The position numbers and the translations under genes were made by a program. From a virus: a stretch of 64,000 nucleotides of DNA. Of this stretch, positions 19,029 through 29,297 are shown piece after piece (the first letter of the stretch is position 1; each line of letters opens with the position of its first letter). The stretch is from IMG/VR virus record IMGVR_UViG_3300045988_098562, positions 19,484-83,483 of that record; one strand, given 5' to 3'. Below the pieces are notes generated by a model. That model searched no databases. It was not told where the DNA came from and saw nothing but the letters and a program-made list of their open reading frames with translations.

Positions 19029-19334
19029 ATGTGTGATAAGGAAATCGTGATATGCGCGGCCATCTGGGTGCAGGACGGCAAGAAGCGTCCCCATCAGCCC
19101 ACCAATATACCATCCGGCGCCGTGTTCTGTGGATTGAGACATTGTTCTATCATTTCTCAGTTTGCAGCTTATGGTATTGCTCATAAAAACCGCAGTGTTC
19201 AAGGATTTTTGACAAGCAAGAACCGGTTTTTAACAAGAGAGGATGCGTCTGAACTTGTTAAAAATAATAATCAGGAAATGGTAGTAGATAGGAGTGCTAT
19301 TAGGGAACAATTGTATTCAGAAGATTTATATTAA
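19029..19334 (+). CDS. hypothetical protein (101 aa)
   Basis: ORF 4 nt after previous stop. Confidence 0.5.
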   Translation: MCDKEIVICAAIWVQDGKKRPHQPTNIPSGAVFCGLRHCSIISQFAAYGIAHKNRSVQGFLTSKNRFLTREDASELVKNNNQEMVVDRSAIREQLYSEDLY

Positions 19335-19355
19335 CAACTAAAAAAACAGAATAAT

Positions 19356-19706
19356 ATGGGATTTGTAATCAAAAAGTCAATCACTTATAATATGATGGAC
19401 GGCAATCAGTTAGAGTATGTATTTGACAACATTAATTTAGATCATATCACATTTAAAGGTAATGGTAAAGAATCTTTTTCATTTAACAGAGCTCTTGTTG
19501 AAAATTTAATTGAGACATTTGATACTATGCAGGATATATACTCTGATAATTACGGGATTAAGGTTTATACCGGTAATTGCATAATTCAACTGAATGTAAA
19601 TCCAAAGAACTTAAGTGAATCCTTTTTTGACGTATATGATAGAGATGGGATGAAATTGATATATAGTATACAAAATAGTATTTTGAAAGAAATGTTTATA
19701 ATATGA
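19356..19706 (+). CDS. hypothetical protein (116 aa)
   Basis: ORF in cluster. Confidence 0.5.
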   Translation: MGFVIKKSITYNMMDGNQLEYVFDNINLDHITFKGNGKESFSFNRALVENLIETFDTMQDIYSDNYGIKVYTGNCIIQLNVNPKNLSESFFDVYDRDGMKLIYSIQNSILKEMFII

Positions 19707-20023
19707 TTACCAAGCAGGACATACAAGCAGCAGCATCGTATATTTTCCAAAGTAGTTTTGTCTCGGAGGACCAGGCAAGGAAAGCGATGGTAAGAGCTGG
19801 CAATAACGCTACCAAGATCCTCATCAAGACCTTCAGAGGAAAGTTGTTCAAGAAAGCTTTTGGAAGAGCTCGTAGAGGAAAGGATATCAGTTCTTTTGAA
19901 AGACAGGAAAAAGAAAGTGGTTTCAATTTTCTTTACAATTCTAATAATGGTAGTATGCAAAGCGGTCATGTAAAAATAGATGAAATTGGACTATTTAAAC
20001 AAATAATAAAGTCGGGTACGTAA
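19703..20023 (+). CDS. hypothetical basic protein (106 aa)
   Basis: ATGA-coupled to upstream gene. Confidence 0.45.
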   Translation: MITKQDIQAAASYIFQSSFVSEDQARKAMVRAGNNATKILIKTFRGKLFKKAFGRARRGKDISSFERQEKESGFNFLYNSNNGSMQSGHVKIDEIGLFKQIIKSGT

Positions 20024-20052
20024 GTTATCCGACTTTTTCATATATTTGTGGC

Positions 20053-20376
20053 ATGGCACGAGGTTATTATTGGATACCGCAGACAGATGAAACGTTAAAT
20101 GGCATAAGCTATTACGTGACTAAGGTAGTAGGAGATATCACGTTTGATACTAAACGAAAAAGAATAGTGTTTCAAACTACCAGGTATTTCCCAGTAGGAT
20201 CCGTATTCCATTTTACTCACAACTGCTTTAAATACGTCATAACCTGCCGGCTCCGTAAGCCGGGGCTGTGGTATGAGGCAAGGAGGGAAGACTGCGGACC
20301 TATTGGACCGGATGATGTGGAAAGGTTCGAATCTGGAAGGTTTATTCATAGAAATGGGTACAAATATAATGCATAA
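20053..20376 (+). CDS. hypothetical protein (107 aa)
   Basis: ORF followed by terminator hairpin. Confidence 0.5.
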   Translation: MARGYYWIPQTDETLNGISYYVTKVVGDITFDTKRKRIVFQTTRYFPVGSVFHFTHNCFKYVITCRLRKPGLWYEARREDCGPIGPDDVERFESGRFIHRNGYKYNA

Positions 20377-20426
20377 GCGTAACTTGACGATTTACGTCAG
20401 ATTATAATTTTTTTTCATATTATTTT

Positions 20427-20467
20427 TAAGCCATCAGACTGAGAAGTTAGATGGCTTAATTTTTTAT
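20427..20467 (+). terminator. rho-independent terminator (AAGCCATC-loop-GATGGCTT + TTTTTTAT)
   Basis: 8-bp perfect stem, 14-nt loop, T-run. Confidence 0.55.
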
Positions 20468-20517
20468 GATATGCTTGATTTTTAACTACCTTTGTCTTAT
20501 AACAAAAATGTTTTACT

Positions 20518-23500
20518 ATGACATCAACGTGTATTATTAAAAGAGATAATAAAAAGAAAGTTGTTTCTGTCTCTACCAGATCAGGGGACAGGTCTATGTT
20601 GTTTGATAAAATAGCATCTATTCCTCTTATGGAGAATAGGGAACGGGCTACTACTGTTTTTAAAACCGTATTTTCTAATAAGTTCTTAAAGGCTTTTGGT
20701 GACTGGAGAAGGAATGTACCTGTTAATAAACAGGCTTATAATAAGGTAAAATCCAACATCGGCCTTATTCCGGAATCCTATAGAGAAAGGGTGCTGGATA
20801 AGGCGTCTAAGATGAGTAACCCTGTTCTTGTGTCAAAATCAGATGCACCTTATGAAATCCAAGAATCGGGCTTTGGATTCTACAGCCAAGATCTGGGTGA
20901 TAATATTATGTTGGTGGATGCTATGGTTCCGTCAAGCATTTCCGTGCTGGAAGGACCTGGAATAGACGCCGGTCAGTATCTACAAGATGCTATATCTTCG
21001 GACTTCACTCCCGTATCTATGGTACAGGATAAGGATGCTAATTATATGGTTATAAAAGACGGTCTTAAGATATTTAGCCCAGAAGAGCTACCGGAGGCAG
21101 ATCCTAATCCTGTGGGTGTAACGTATCAGACCGGAGAGCCTCGTTTGTTTTTTATGAACGATCGTAGTCAATTATTTGAAGATTACGGAGAAGCTCTTCG
21201 TTCTGGTGGGAATGATATTAGAATAGGATTCTTATCCGGCACCGTTCAAGAATCTACCGTGGATGGCGTGGCAGACATTACATACAAGGCTGGAAAGTAT
21301 GTTCTTAATAATCCCAAGTCTTTTATACCGGTCATGACCGCGTCTGCTTCTACTTCTTTATCAACAAAAGGTGGTATAATTAACTACCTTATAAAGAAAG
21401 GTCTTTTGTCCGGATCTAAGATATTAGATCCTGAAACAAGAAGCTATTATCTTACAGGAGAAGGACATACAGGACAAATTAGACTTTTCAATTCATCCTT
21501 ATCCTACACCGAGCTCCGTAATCATTTTGGTTCCGATGTTTCCATGAACGACCAAGGTATGATAACCATAAGCTCGTTGGATAATAGTAAGGTAACTATG
21601 AGGCTCGCCACCGGAGGAACGGAAAGGGTTAGCAAAGAGCAGATAAAGAACGATCTTAAGTCAGGAAGATACAATGAATTGGATGCTAAGTACGATCATT
21701 TTGATGCGCTTGTAGTTTCATTCATATTAGAAGACAACGATCTTTATGCTGATACTAAAGCTAAGATCGTATCGGATTATAGCAGGCAGGAACGTGACCA
21801 ACGAAATTCTATTGTCGAGATACTGAAAACGCTTGGCGTTAGTGTCATAGGTATGACCGATTATATAGAGAAGTACCAAACCAAATACGGGCATGAACCT
21901 TCTGCTAAGGCATTGGCGGATATTGCCAATAACGTAATAGCAGTTGGTGAAGATGCTACTTTATCTGATTTAGTAGAAGAAACATCCCACTTCCTTGTAG
22001 AGGCATACAGAGATCAGAATGCTGTTGAGGCTGTTCTGCAAGATGTAGAAGGTACGGAAGAGTGGAACCAGTATGCAGGTCAGTATTATAATACATACGG
22101 TAAGGTATATGAAGGATCTGAGCTTGATAATGCCGTTAGGAGAGAAATTCTTGGAAAGATCCTCGCCAGGGAGATGCAGACCGGCACAGCACAGGCGCCG
22201 GTAGAGCCCACCTCCTTCCTGGGGCGCGTCCGGCAGCTTCTCTCTGGAATCGTAAGCTGGCTTAAATCAGCTTTATCAACCCAAAGACAAGATTTGAATA
22301 ACGTTATTAAAAGCATTCGTGATCTTGCCATTACTGACATAGATAAAGGATTTGACACTTCTCTGTTAAAGGATAATGACTTTACATTATACTCCCTTTC
22401 TTCTATGAACAAGAACAAGTTTCTTGAGTCTAAGATCAGATCGCTAAGAAAAACATTAAGAGACTTACGTCAGATAAGCTCTGATAGGGCTGTAACTACG
22501 TCTATGACCCTTGCTCAGCTTAAGACCATAGAAGATAAGATAAATAAAGTAGAGACCGAGATAGACAAGAATGAGATGGCGGCTGCCATGAACAGCATGA
22601 TCTCCACAGCCGAAGCTCAGGTCAGATACTTAAGTAATGTGGTGAACACCATCCTTCATGGTGATACCAAAGACGGTAAGCTTCATTTCAATACCAATGA
22701 TCGAAAGAATGTAGATATTATCAACAATCAGGTTCTTCCGATCATGAACGATCTCCGAGGATATATCCGTAACAGAAGTACCGAATTTGATGAACGTGAA
22801 AAGCAGGATTATACAAATAGGATCAATACCGTCATTGCCGACATCAATGGTATTCAGTCTGATATTAAATCAGTACAAGACCTTGATGAAAGTACGTTGC
22901 TTGATAAGTTAATGAACGAACTTCATGTGCCGGCAGATAAGGTAAAGAGAGTAAAAGAATTTTTCGACAAGGTTCAACACGATGTTTCTTGGATAAGTAG
23001 GTGGTTTGGTATATTAGAGCATTCTTCCAGTCCGTTCAATAACGCTCTTGGAGCTATGATTGCCAAAGACAATTACAATGCGATGGTGAATGCCCAGCCC
23101 GCCATATCCGACTTCCTGGCATATGCTAAAAAGCATGGTTTTAACAAATCTGAATTTGAAAAACTGCTTCAGAAAGTAGACGGCAAAACTTCTAATTACC
23201 TTCGTAGTGCTCTTGATATGGCTAAATACGATCGTAATAAGAAGCTGGCGCAGATGCGAGCGTTTGCGACTGCCATGAACATAGAGATATCAGAAGAAGA
23301 AATTGGTGATGTGGTTGACAATAACCGTAATTACGTATTTAAAAGAGAAGTAGTTGACAAGGATGGAAATACGGTTACTGAAAACGCTAAATTCAAACCA
23401 TCGTCTGATAGAGTTAATACCGATATTTTTACCATCGAGCAGGAAAAGATCTATACGGAGCAGATGGAAAAGTGGGATGCTGAAAATTCAGAATTGGAAT

Positions 23501-26500
23501 TTAGTGAAAGTTATGCCACAAGAATGGAATCCATATACAAAAAGGCTGAAGAAGAATTAGGACATCCGGTTTCTCAAACAACCAAAGAATACCTTAATGC
23601 CTTATCCCGGCAAAAACGGATATTGAGGCAGCCTTTTATTGATAGCGGTGGTAATTTTGATGAGGTTGCCTACTATAAGAGTAGTAACTACGAAGAAGAA
23701 GGACTGCTTCGTAAACAACGTAAGGAGGCAGCTTCGGAATACATATATGTAGGAACCAGGAGAGTGGAAAAAACCGGCGACCAACTTAAGATGGCCAAAG
23801 AAATACAAGCCATAAATGAAGTTTGGAGAAAAGAATCAAATAATGCCACTAATGCCGTATCAGAATCGTTTTTGCAAAAATTAAGAACGATTCAGAGCGA
23901 GTCTGGAGGAGAAGCTGCGCTGAAGACGCTTATGTTGGGGGGTCACCTGTCATTCAACGATCGGTTTTGGAATGACGTAGAATCGGAACAGTCGGCGCGT
24001 ACCGAATCAAATAACAAGGCTTCGTATCTTAAAATGGCGCATGATATCATTAGTTCTACGACAAGTGATAGAGATGCGACTGACGTGGACTCGATTGTAA
24101 AAGATATAGAAAAAAATAAGGCCATTATCAAGGAAATAATCGGAAACAATCGCGATGTGGCTGATATCGGAGAAATCAATGAAGCGACATTTACCTCATC
24201 TGAAAGAGATGCTTTTAGGGCCGCATCTGAAGCTATTGAAGCCGATTACGCTATTTTGATAGATTATGCTAAGATGGTGGGTCTTGAAGATATTGATAAG
24301 TACCTTACTAAAAGCAGTAAGGCTGAAAACGAAGTAAATCAGTCTTATTTAAATGCTCTTGCTGACTCTAAGGAAATTGAATGGCAGTTTGCACAGCGTC
24401 ATACTACTGCCAAAAAAGCCAAAAGGATTCAGGCTCTTAGAGATAAGTTATTCATGGCTCAAGATAACAGGTATATGTTTACCGTCTCTGAAACCAACTA
24501 CTTGTCAGAAAAATTGGGAATAGATAAAAAGCTAGATCGTAGAGATTTTAGGAATGCGGTTAGAGCCAAGATGTCTGACATATTTGGACACGATAACGGA
24601 GTAGCTGAAGTGAACGATATCGTTAATGAATTTGCCAGGAGCCAGGTCTTTTCGTACTATAAACGCATGGCGCCTACCGGATATGCGGCTATGATCGACA
24701 AAATCGGTCGAGGTGAGATAGATGTGGCGCAGATGGTTAAGGACGTACAAAACGGTACATCCACCCAAGATTATGGCATGGACATATCGTACCTGTCTTT
24801 CGATCCTGCAAGGGCATGGGTGGCTGAATCTGAAGCCGAAAATAGCGGCCGTAATCCTGATTATGTAAAAGATCATGGGTATGGTCATCGCATGCCTAAG
24901 AAAAGCCTGTATCGTGATGAATCGTATTTCAATGACTTTGGTATCAAGTATGATGCTGACGGTAATGAAGTTGCTACTAAAAACGTAGAGCAGTGGAATA
25001 TGATTCAAAAACTCAAGGAAATAAAAAGACAATCCCTTGATCTATACAAAGAGCAGAGTCCCAATTTGTATGCTATTCCACAGATATCAAAACAAGACAT
25101 AGAACGTATGGAAGGATTGGGTATTAACTTCAAAAATACGGTTCGTAATTTCGTATCAGATCTGTGCCTGGACAGAGTAGACGATTCTCTATATGGTAAG
25201 ACCAGGCAAGGGGAAGTATATGATCCGGAAGACAGACTTAGGTCTATACCTAAATACTACATATATGAGTTGGAGAACCAAGATGATGTATCTCACGATT
25301 TTGGCTACTCTTATTCGATGCTTATGATGCAGTCATCGTTATACAACGAAAAGCAGAAATCTATAGAGCTTGCCCAAGGACTGGAGCAGATGTTGCTGAA
25401 TAAGCAATTTGAAGGCGGTAAGAAAGCTGAAGCGACTCAAGCATATCAGATGTTTAGAGACTTCTTTAACGATCATTATTATGGCATTAGGATGAACACC
25501 AAAAAACTGACGGTAAACATCGGTGGATACACAGTAGACCTTACCAGGATAATGATGGCCGTTGAAAGATTTATGTCGGTCATGAACTTGGCACTGTCTC
25601 CGTTTGTGGCAGCTACCGGCGCCCTTACCGGCCATATCAACCTCATCATGGAATCAGCCGTAGGACAGTATATAAGCAAAGACTCCCTTAAATACGCATC
25701 GGCTGAGTTTTCACGCCTTGCGCCATCTTGTATAGCAGAAACCGGAGACATAGATAGGAAAAGCAAATTATATGTCATAGGTGAGAGAATGGGTATTTTC
25801 AACATACGAAACAGAATGTATGGTGCCGGATACAATAGAGTGGCCAGGACCTTAATGCGTTCGCCTATGTATGCTTTTATGGAAATCCTGAACTACCCTC
25901 TTGATCCGCAGGTTATGATTGCTACTATGGACAATGTTCGTTATTACAAAGGCCGGTTCTACACGTTCCAAGATTTCAAGATGGAAAAAGAACGTAATAA
26001 AGAACAGAGTACCATAAAAAGAGAATGGAATGCATTAAAAGATCGTACTTTATGGAGTATGGTAGACGTCGTGGATGGGAAGGTGGTTGTAAAGCCAGGA
26101 TCGGGTGTTACTGCCGAGGAAGTTGAAACCCAGATGGCTATAACCAGAAATCAAGTTCGTAGCTTGTCGCAGATATGTAACGGATCTTTGAATGAAGAAA
26201 ACCGAACTGCCGCATCGCGCAACTGGATAGCCAGGTTCATGACCGCCCACCGAGGATGGTTGGTGCTGGCGGCTCAACGTCTGTGGAAAAGGCGTGGCTT
26301 CAATTTCCAAACAATGCAAGAAGAGGAGGGACTGTCAATTACGTTAAAGAATATGATAGCCAAAACATTTAGCCTGGCTTCCGAGTCTGGTATGAAAAAC
26401 ATCATAGATGCCTGGAATGAAAATAAAGACAATATGAATGAGGTAGAAAAAACCAATCTCAAACGTCTCAGTGTCTATGCCGGCACGTTCCTTATCATGC

Positions 26501-26931
26501 AAGCCGTATCCATGCTTCTTGCCGGATGGCGTGATGATGATGAAAACGAAGAAAGTTGGCTTACTCAATTTGGATCCTATGTCGGATTCAGAACCATAAA
26601 CGAAATAGCTTCACAGATGCCGTTTATTATGGAGCTTAACGTGGTAGATATCATTAACGATCCGTTTGTTATGGGGCGAAAACTGAAGGATCTTACCGAT
26701 CTTAGGAATTATTCACTTGATAAAGTAACATCCGGCACATACAAAGGAGAGTCTAAGTTATTTAGGCAACTCGCCAAACAGACGTTTATCAAACAATGGT
26801 ATAATATCAAGACGCCGGAAGACGTAGCGCGCGCTTATAATTGGTGGCAGCAGACGAACAACAAGTCAATGATGTTCTTCATCGGCGCCACTCCTGATTC
26901 GGAAGGTGATGAGGATACAAGCTACAAATAG
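20518..26931 (+). CDS. giant 2137-aa protein, probable internal virion/ejection protein with C-terminal transmembrane segments
   Basis: 6.4 kb stop-free ORF; hydrophobic stretches near C-terminus (FLIMQAVSMLLAGW); no lytic transglycosylase or RNAP DxDGD motif found by eye. Confidence 0.65.
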   Translation: MTSTCIIKRDNKKKVVSVSTRSGDRSMLFDKIASIPLMENRERATTVFKTVFSNKFLKAFGDWRRNVPVNKQAYNKVKSNIGLIPESYRERVLDKASKMSNPVLVSKSDAPYEIQESGFGFYSQDLGDNIMLVDAMVPSSISVLEGPGIDAGQYLQDAISSDFTPVSMVQDKDANYMVIKDGLKIFSPEELPEADPNPVGVTYQTGEPRLFFMNDRSQLFEDYGEALRSGGNDIRIGFLSGTVQESTVDGVADITYKAGKYVLNNPKSFIPVMTASASTSLSTKGGIINYLIKKGLLSGSKILDPETRSYYLTGEGHTGQIRLFNSSLSYTELRNHFGSDVSMNDQGMITISSLDNSKVTMRLATGGTERVSKEQIKNDLKSGRYNELDAKYDHFDALVVSFILEDNDLYADTKAKIVSDYSRQERDQRNSIVEILKTLGVSVIGMTDYIEKYQTKYGHEPSAKALADIANNVIAVGEDATLSDLVEETSHFLVEAYRDQNAVEAVLQDVEGTEEWNQYAGQYYNTYGKVYEGSELDNAVRREILGKILAREMQTGTAQAPVEPTSFLGRVRQLLSGIVSWLKSALSTQRQDLNNVIKSIRDLAITDIDKGFDTSLLKDNDFTLYSLSSMNKNKFLESKIRSLRKTLRDLRQISSDRAVTTSMTLAQLKTIEDKINKVETEIDKNEMAAAMNSMISTAEAQVRYLSNVVNTILHGDTKDGKLHFNTNDRKNVDIINNQVLPIMNDLRGYIRNRSTEFDEREKQDYTNRINTVIADINGIQSDIKSVQDLDESTLLDKLMNELHVPADKVKRVKEFFDKVQHDVSWISRWFGILEHSSSPFNNALGAMIAKDNYNAMVNAQPAISDFLAYAKKHGFNKSEFEKLLQKVDGKTSNYLRSALDMAKYDRNKKLAQMRAFATAMNIEISEEEIGDVVDNNRNYVFKREVVDKDGNTVTENAKFKPSSDRVNTDIFTIEQEKIYTEQMEKWDAENSELEFSESYATRMESIYKKAEEELGHPVSQTTKEYLNALSRQKRILRQPFIDSGGNFDEVAYYKSSNYEEEGLLRKQRKEAASEYIYVGTRRVEKTGDQLKMAKEIQAINEVWRKESNNATNAVSESFLQKLRTIQSESGGEAALKTLMLGGHLSFNDRFWNDVESEQSARTESNNKASYLKMAHDIISSTTSDRDATDVDSIVKDIEKNKAIIKEIIGNNRDVADIGEINEATFTSSERDAFRAASEAIEADYAILIDYAKMVGLEDIDKYLTKSSKAENEVNQSYLNALADSKEIEWQFAQRHTTAKKAKRIQALRDKLFMAQDNRYMFTVSETNYLSEKLGIDKKLDRRDFRNAVRAKMSDIFGHDNGVAEVNDIVNEFARSQVFSYYKRMAPTGYAAMIDKIGRGEIDVAQMVKDVQNGTSTQDYGMDISYLSFDPARAWVAESEAENSGRNPDYVKDHGYGHRMPKKSLYRDESYFNDFGIKYDADGNEVATKNVEQWNMIQKLKEIKRQSLDLYKEQSPNLYAIPQISKQDIERMEGLGINFKNTVRNFVSDLCLDRVDDSLYGKTRQGEVYDPEDRLRSIPKYYIYELENQDDVSHDFGYSYSMLMMQSSLYNEKQKSIELAQGLEQMLLNKQFEGGKKAEATQAYQMFRDFFNDHYYGIRMNTKKLTVNIGGYTVDLTRIMMAVERFMSVMNLALSPFVAATGALTGHINLIMESAVGQYISKDSLKYASAEFSRLAPSCIAETGDIDRKSKLYVIGERMGIFNIRNRMYGAGYNRVARTLMRSPMYAFMEILNYPLDPQVMIATMDNVRYYKGRFYTFQDFKMEKERNKEQSTIKREWNALKDRTLWSMVDVVDGKVVVKPGSGVTAEEVETQMAITRNQVRSLSQICNGSLNEENRTAASRNWIARFMTAHRGWLVLAAQRLWKRRGFNFQTMQEEEGLSITLKNMIAKTFSLASESGMKNIIDAWNENKDNMNEVEKTNLKRLSVYAGTFLIMQAVSMLLAGWRDDDENEESWLTQFGSYVGFRTINEIASQMPFIMELNVVDIINDPFVMGRKLKDLTDLRNYSLDKVTSGTYKGESKLFRQLAKQTFIKQWYNIKTPEDVARAYNWWQQTNNKSMMFFIGATPDSEGDEDTSYK

Positions 26932-27066
26932 ACGAAGAATATCGGACTTGCATTGTTTTTGTATGATTCCAATATGCTATATTAGCATCGTCAAAGAGTA
27001 GATTGTACGTTTTTTGTTCTTACTTGAAAGATTATGTAGGTTAAATTTTTTCTGAAATTGTTTTCT

Positions 27067-27110
27067 TACCGGTTCTCAGTCAGAGATGATAGGGAACCGG
27101 TTTCTTTTAT
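27067..27110 (+). terminator. rho-independent terminator (ACCGGTTC-loop-GAACCGGT + TTCTTTTAT)
   Basis: 8-bp perfect stem followed by T-run about 140 nt after giant gene stop. Confidence 0.55.
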
Positions 27111-27144
27111 GTTGTCAATTATTGCTATCTTGCAAACAAAAATC

Positions 27145-27559
27145 ATGAGACGAAGATTTCAAATAGGGATGGGGGGTAAATCCCTCGCTTATAATCAATA
27201 AAGGCATATACATCCAACATGTAGATGGAGGATTATATACAAAAGAAAATTGGTCTAATAAAGGATATTCCAATGATCTATGCAATGGAATAGCTCTTGT
27301 AGATAAAGTGTGTTTTGTTATAGCCACCGAATATATTGGCACATTTCGTTGGGGTAAGGATGGAGAAATAGACAATATATTTGCACAAGATAGTTCTCAT
27401 ATTGGAACTATTAAAAAGGATTATTGGGGGCGTGAAAATCAGAATGCGTATCTTGAATATGATACCAGTAATACAGATTACGCTTTTAATAAAGCTAATA
27501 GCTATTTATTTAAAAATGGTCAAAATGGATATGTAGGTGGCGCCGGAGAGTTTTTTTGA
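27145..27559 (+). pseudogene. degraded paralog of gene 9750..10289 (MRRRF start, in-frame TAA after 18 codons, frame changes)
   Basis: Start ATGAGACGAAGATTT mirrors ATGAGAAGGAGATTT at 9759; downstream ORF 27308..27559 aligns with C-terminal half of the 9750 protein (LEYDTSNTDYAF..KANS..NG..GEF vs YEYDPSINENYCYF..EANNSG..NGEF) but in a different frame. Confidence 0.35.
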
Positions 27560-27762
27560 TATCATTGTATGCTAATGAAATAAACGAATGCCTTTTAATG
27601 GTAGGAGGTACGATAATGAGTAATAGAATGTGGACATCCACTCGAAATACAAAATTTTACTATTCGTGGTATTATGATATAAACATCCAAGGAGATCATT
27701 TGGATACAGGTTCAAGGGGTAGTTCACATTATGTCCGTCCTTTTACTGAATTAATTTTATGA
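27556..27762 (+). CDS. hypothetical protein (68 aa)
   Basis: Short ORF overlapping previous stop. Confidence 0.3.
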   Translation: MISLYANEINECLLMVGGTIMSNRMWTSTRNTKFYYSWYYDINIQGDHLDTGSRGSSHYVRPFTELIL

Positions 27763-27911
27763 AATTATGAGAAGAAGATTTGAAAATAACGCTAAACTAT
27801 ATGAGTATAAAATAGTTAGTAACTGTATAGGGGGGGGTAATCGTAGAAGGAAAGAAAGTAGGCACCATTCCACAGGGCGGGCAATTTATCTTTCTGTCTA
27901 AAAAAGAACGG

Positions 27912-28502
27912 TTGGATTCCATAAGTGTCCAAGGCGGTGTTCCAATGGAAGATAGGCAAGAGATCGATAATAGGGTTGATACGACAGAGGAATTGTTTGA
28001 ACAGGATTCGGTGGCTCTTGCTATTGCTTTAACAACCTCTCCTTATTATGGATTTAGAGTAAGTGTGATAGCACCTGATGGGTTTACGCTAAGAACAACC
28101 AATAGGATTAATAGAACCTTTTTAATAACAAGCTTTACTCCACCTGCTGCTATATACGGTGTAAACTTTGGTGATCCTATTGTCCTTAATTATGATAGTT
28201 ACCAATATGAGATGCCAGACCTTGTAATTGATGGACCTCATGATAGAATAGTTAGGGCAGATCCTAATCTTACTTGGGTTGTGAGATGTACAGACGCCGA
28301 CTTTACACCTTTGCCATATCCAGAATCATGGTCTGGCCAAGGTTTAAATTCTATGTTCTTATCAGAAATGAAACGTCTTGCTCCTGGTGATCATCATGTA
28401 TCATATACAGCTTATATTAATTTGGACTTGATAGATGATGGCGGAAGTAAAGTTCATACTGAATATCTGATATTAAAAAAAACACTTAATTTTACGATAT
28501 GA
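27912..28502 (+). CDS. hypothetical protein (196 aa); preceded in frame by a third MRRRF-start mini-ORF (27767-27901) ending in TAA
   Basis: ORF track; last + strand gene before convergence point. Confidence 0.5.
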   Translation: MDSISVQGGVPMEDRQEIDNRVDTTEELFEQDSVALAIALTTSPYYGFRVSVIAPDGFTLRTTNRINRTFLITSFTPPAAIYGVNFGDPIVLNYDSYQYEMPDLVIDGPHDRIVRADPNLTWVVRCTDADFTPLPYPESWSGQGLNSMFLSEMKRLAPGDHHVSYTAYINLDLIDDGGSKVHTEYLILKKTLNFTI

Positions 28503-28503
28503 C

Positions 28504-28546
28504 AACAGTCCCCAACCGTACGCCTATTGTATGGTTGGGGACTGTT
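28504..28546. terminator. bidirectional terminator: perfect 13-bp inverted repeat ACAGTCCCCAACC / GGTTGGGGACTGT between convergent gene blocks
   Basis: Perfect inverted repeat with 15-nt loop exactly between + gene end (28502) and - gene end (28592). Confidence 0.55.
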
Positions 28547-28591
28547 GTAGTTACCATCTTTTCTTGTATAAGCAGAACATGAAATAAGTTT

Positions 28592-29080
28592 CTAAGCATT
28601 AACTTCATGACCTTCCCTATCTGTGAAAACTAAACCAATACCTTCTACAATATATCCTACTACAGGAGCTTTGTCAAATTCCTCCTTCGTAGCCCAAGTA
28701 GCATTATCAGGCATCAGATCCTTGAATGCGTCCGAAACATCACCTTGACACCAGCAGTTATTTGATGTAACAATGCCTTTCCCTTCGATATTGATATACA
28801 TTTTTCTTCCACCACATCCAAGGCTGTTCCATCCGCTCGGTACGTTTTCCACCATAGGCTTAAGTACCCAGCTTTCACCGTCTATCCTAACCCATCCAGG
28901 ATCGTCTTTGTGCTTGTCGTACATATTTTGCCAAAAAGAGCATTCGTAGCACCATCCCATGTCTTCCATGACAGTTCTTATCTCACACCTTTCAAATCCA
29001 TCTGCATCCATCGTGTGCGGAGAATGAGGCTGGTGAGGGGTGCCACATTTTGGACATACGAGTTTTAAATTCTTTTTCAT
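28592..29080 (-). CDS. hypothetical Cys/Trp-rich protein (162 aa, N-terminal CPKCG zinc-ribbon-like)
   Basis: ORF track; last gene of leftward block. Confidence 0.55.
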   Translation of the reverse strand: MKKNLKLVCPKCGTPHQPHSPHTMDADGFERCEIRTVMEDMGWCYECSFWQNMYDKHKDDPGWVRIDGESWVLKPMVENVPSGWNSLGCGGRKMYINIEGKGIVTSNNCWCQGDVSDAFKDLMPDNATWATKEEFDKAPVVGYIVEGIGLVFTDREGHEVNA

Positions 29081-29081
29081 A

Positions 29082-29297
29082 TTATTTAATTTTTACGATC
29101 TTAATAGAATCTCCGATATTGTATTCCCCTTGGTGTCCAACGAATTTTATGATTCTATTATGTTTAAATATTGAAATTCTTTCGTCTTCAGCATAATACA
29201 TCACACGTCCACCCTGTAAAGGACGTAGATCATATATAACCCATCCGTCATTAACCTGATGATTATTTGAACATGATGATAATACTAATGTCATCAA
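29082..29297 (-). CDS. hypothetical small protein (71 aa)
   Basis: ORF abutting neighbours. Confidence 0.4.
   Translation of the reverse strand: MMTLVLSSCSNNHQVNDGWVIYDLRPLQGGRVMYYAEDERISIFKHNRIIKFVGHQGEYNIGDSIKIVKIK

Noticed and set aside
22086-26568. Minus-strand ORFs inside the 2137-aa gene (22086..22418, 23602..23808, 23943..24179, 24532..25032, 25339..25835, 26050..26568) and the + ORF 23354..23560
   Set aside because: They are shadow or alternate-frame ORFs nested in a 6.4 kb uninterrupted gene.
3037-26931. Virion RNA polymerase (crAss-like DPBB, DxDGD) in the giant proteins
   Set aside because: No DxDGD or NADFDGD motif is present in either giant ORF; the closest is YDADGNE. The call is left as unknown cargo protein.
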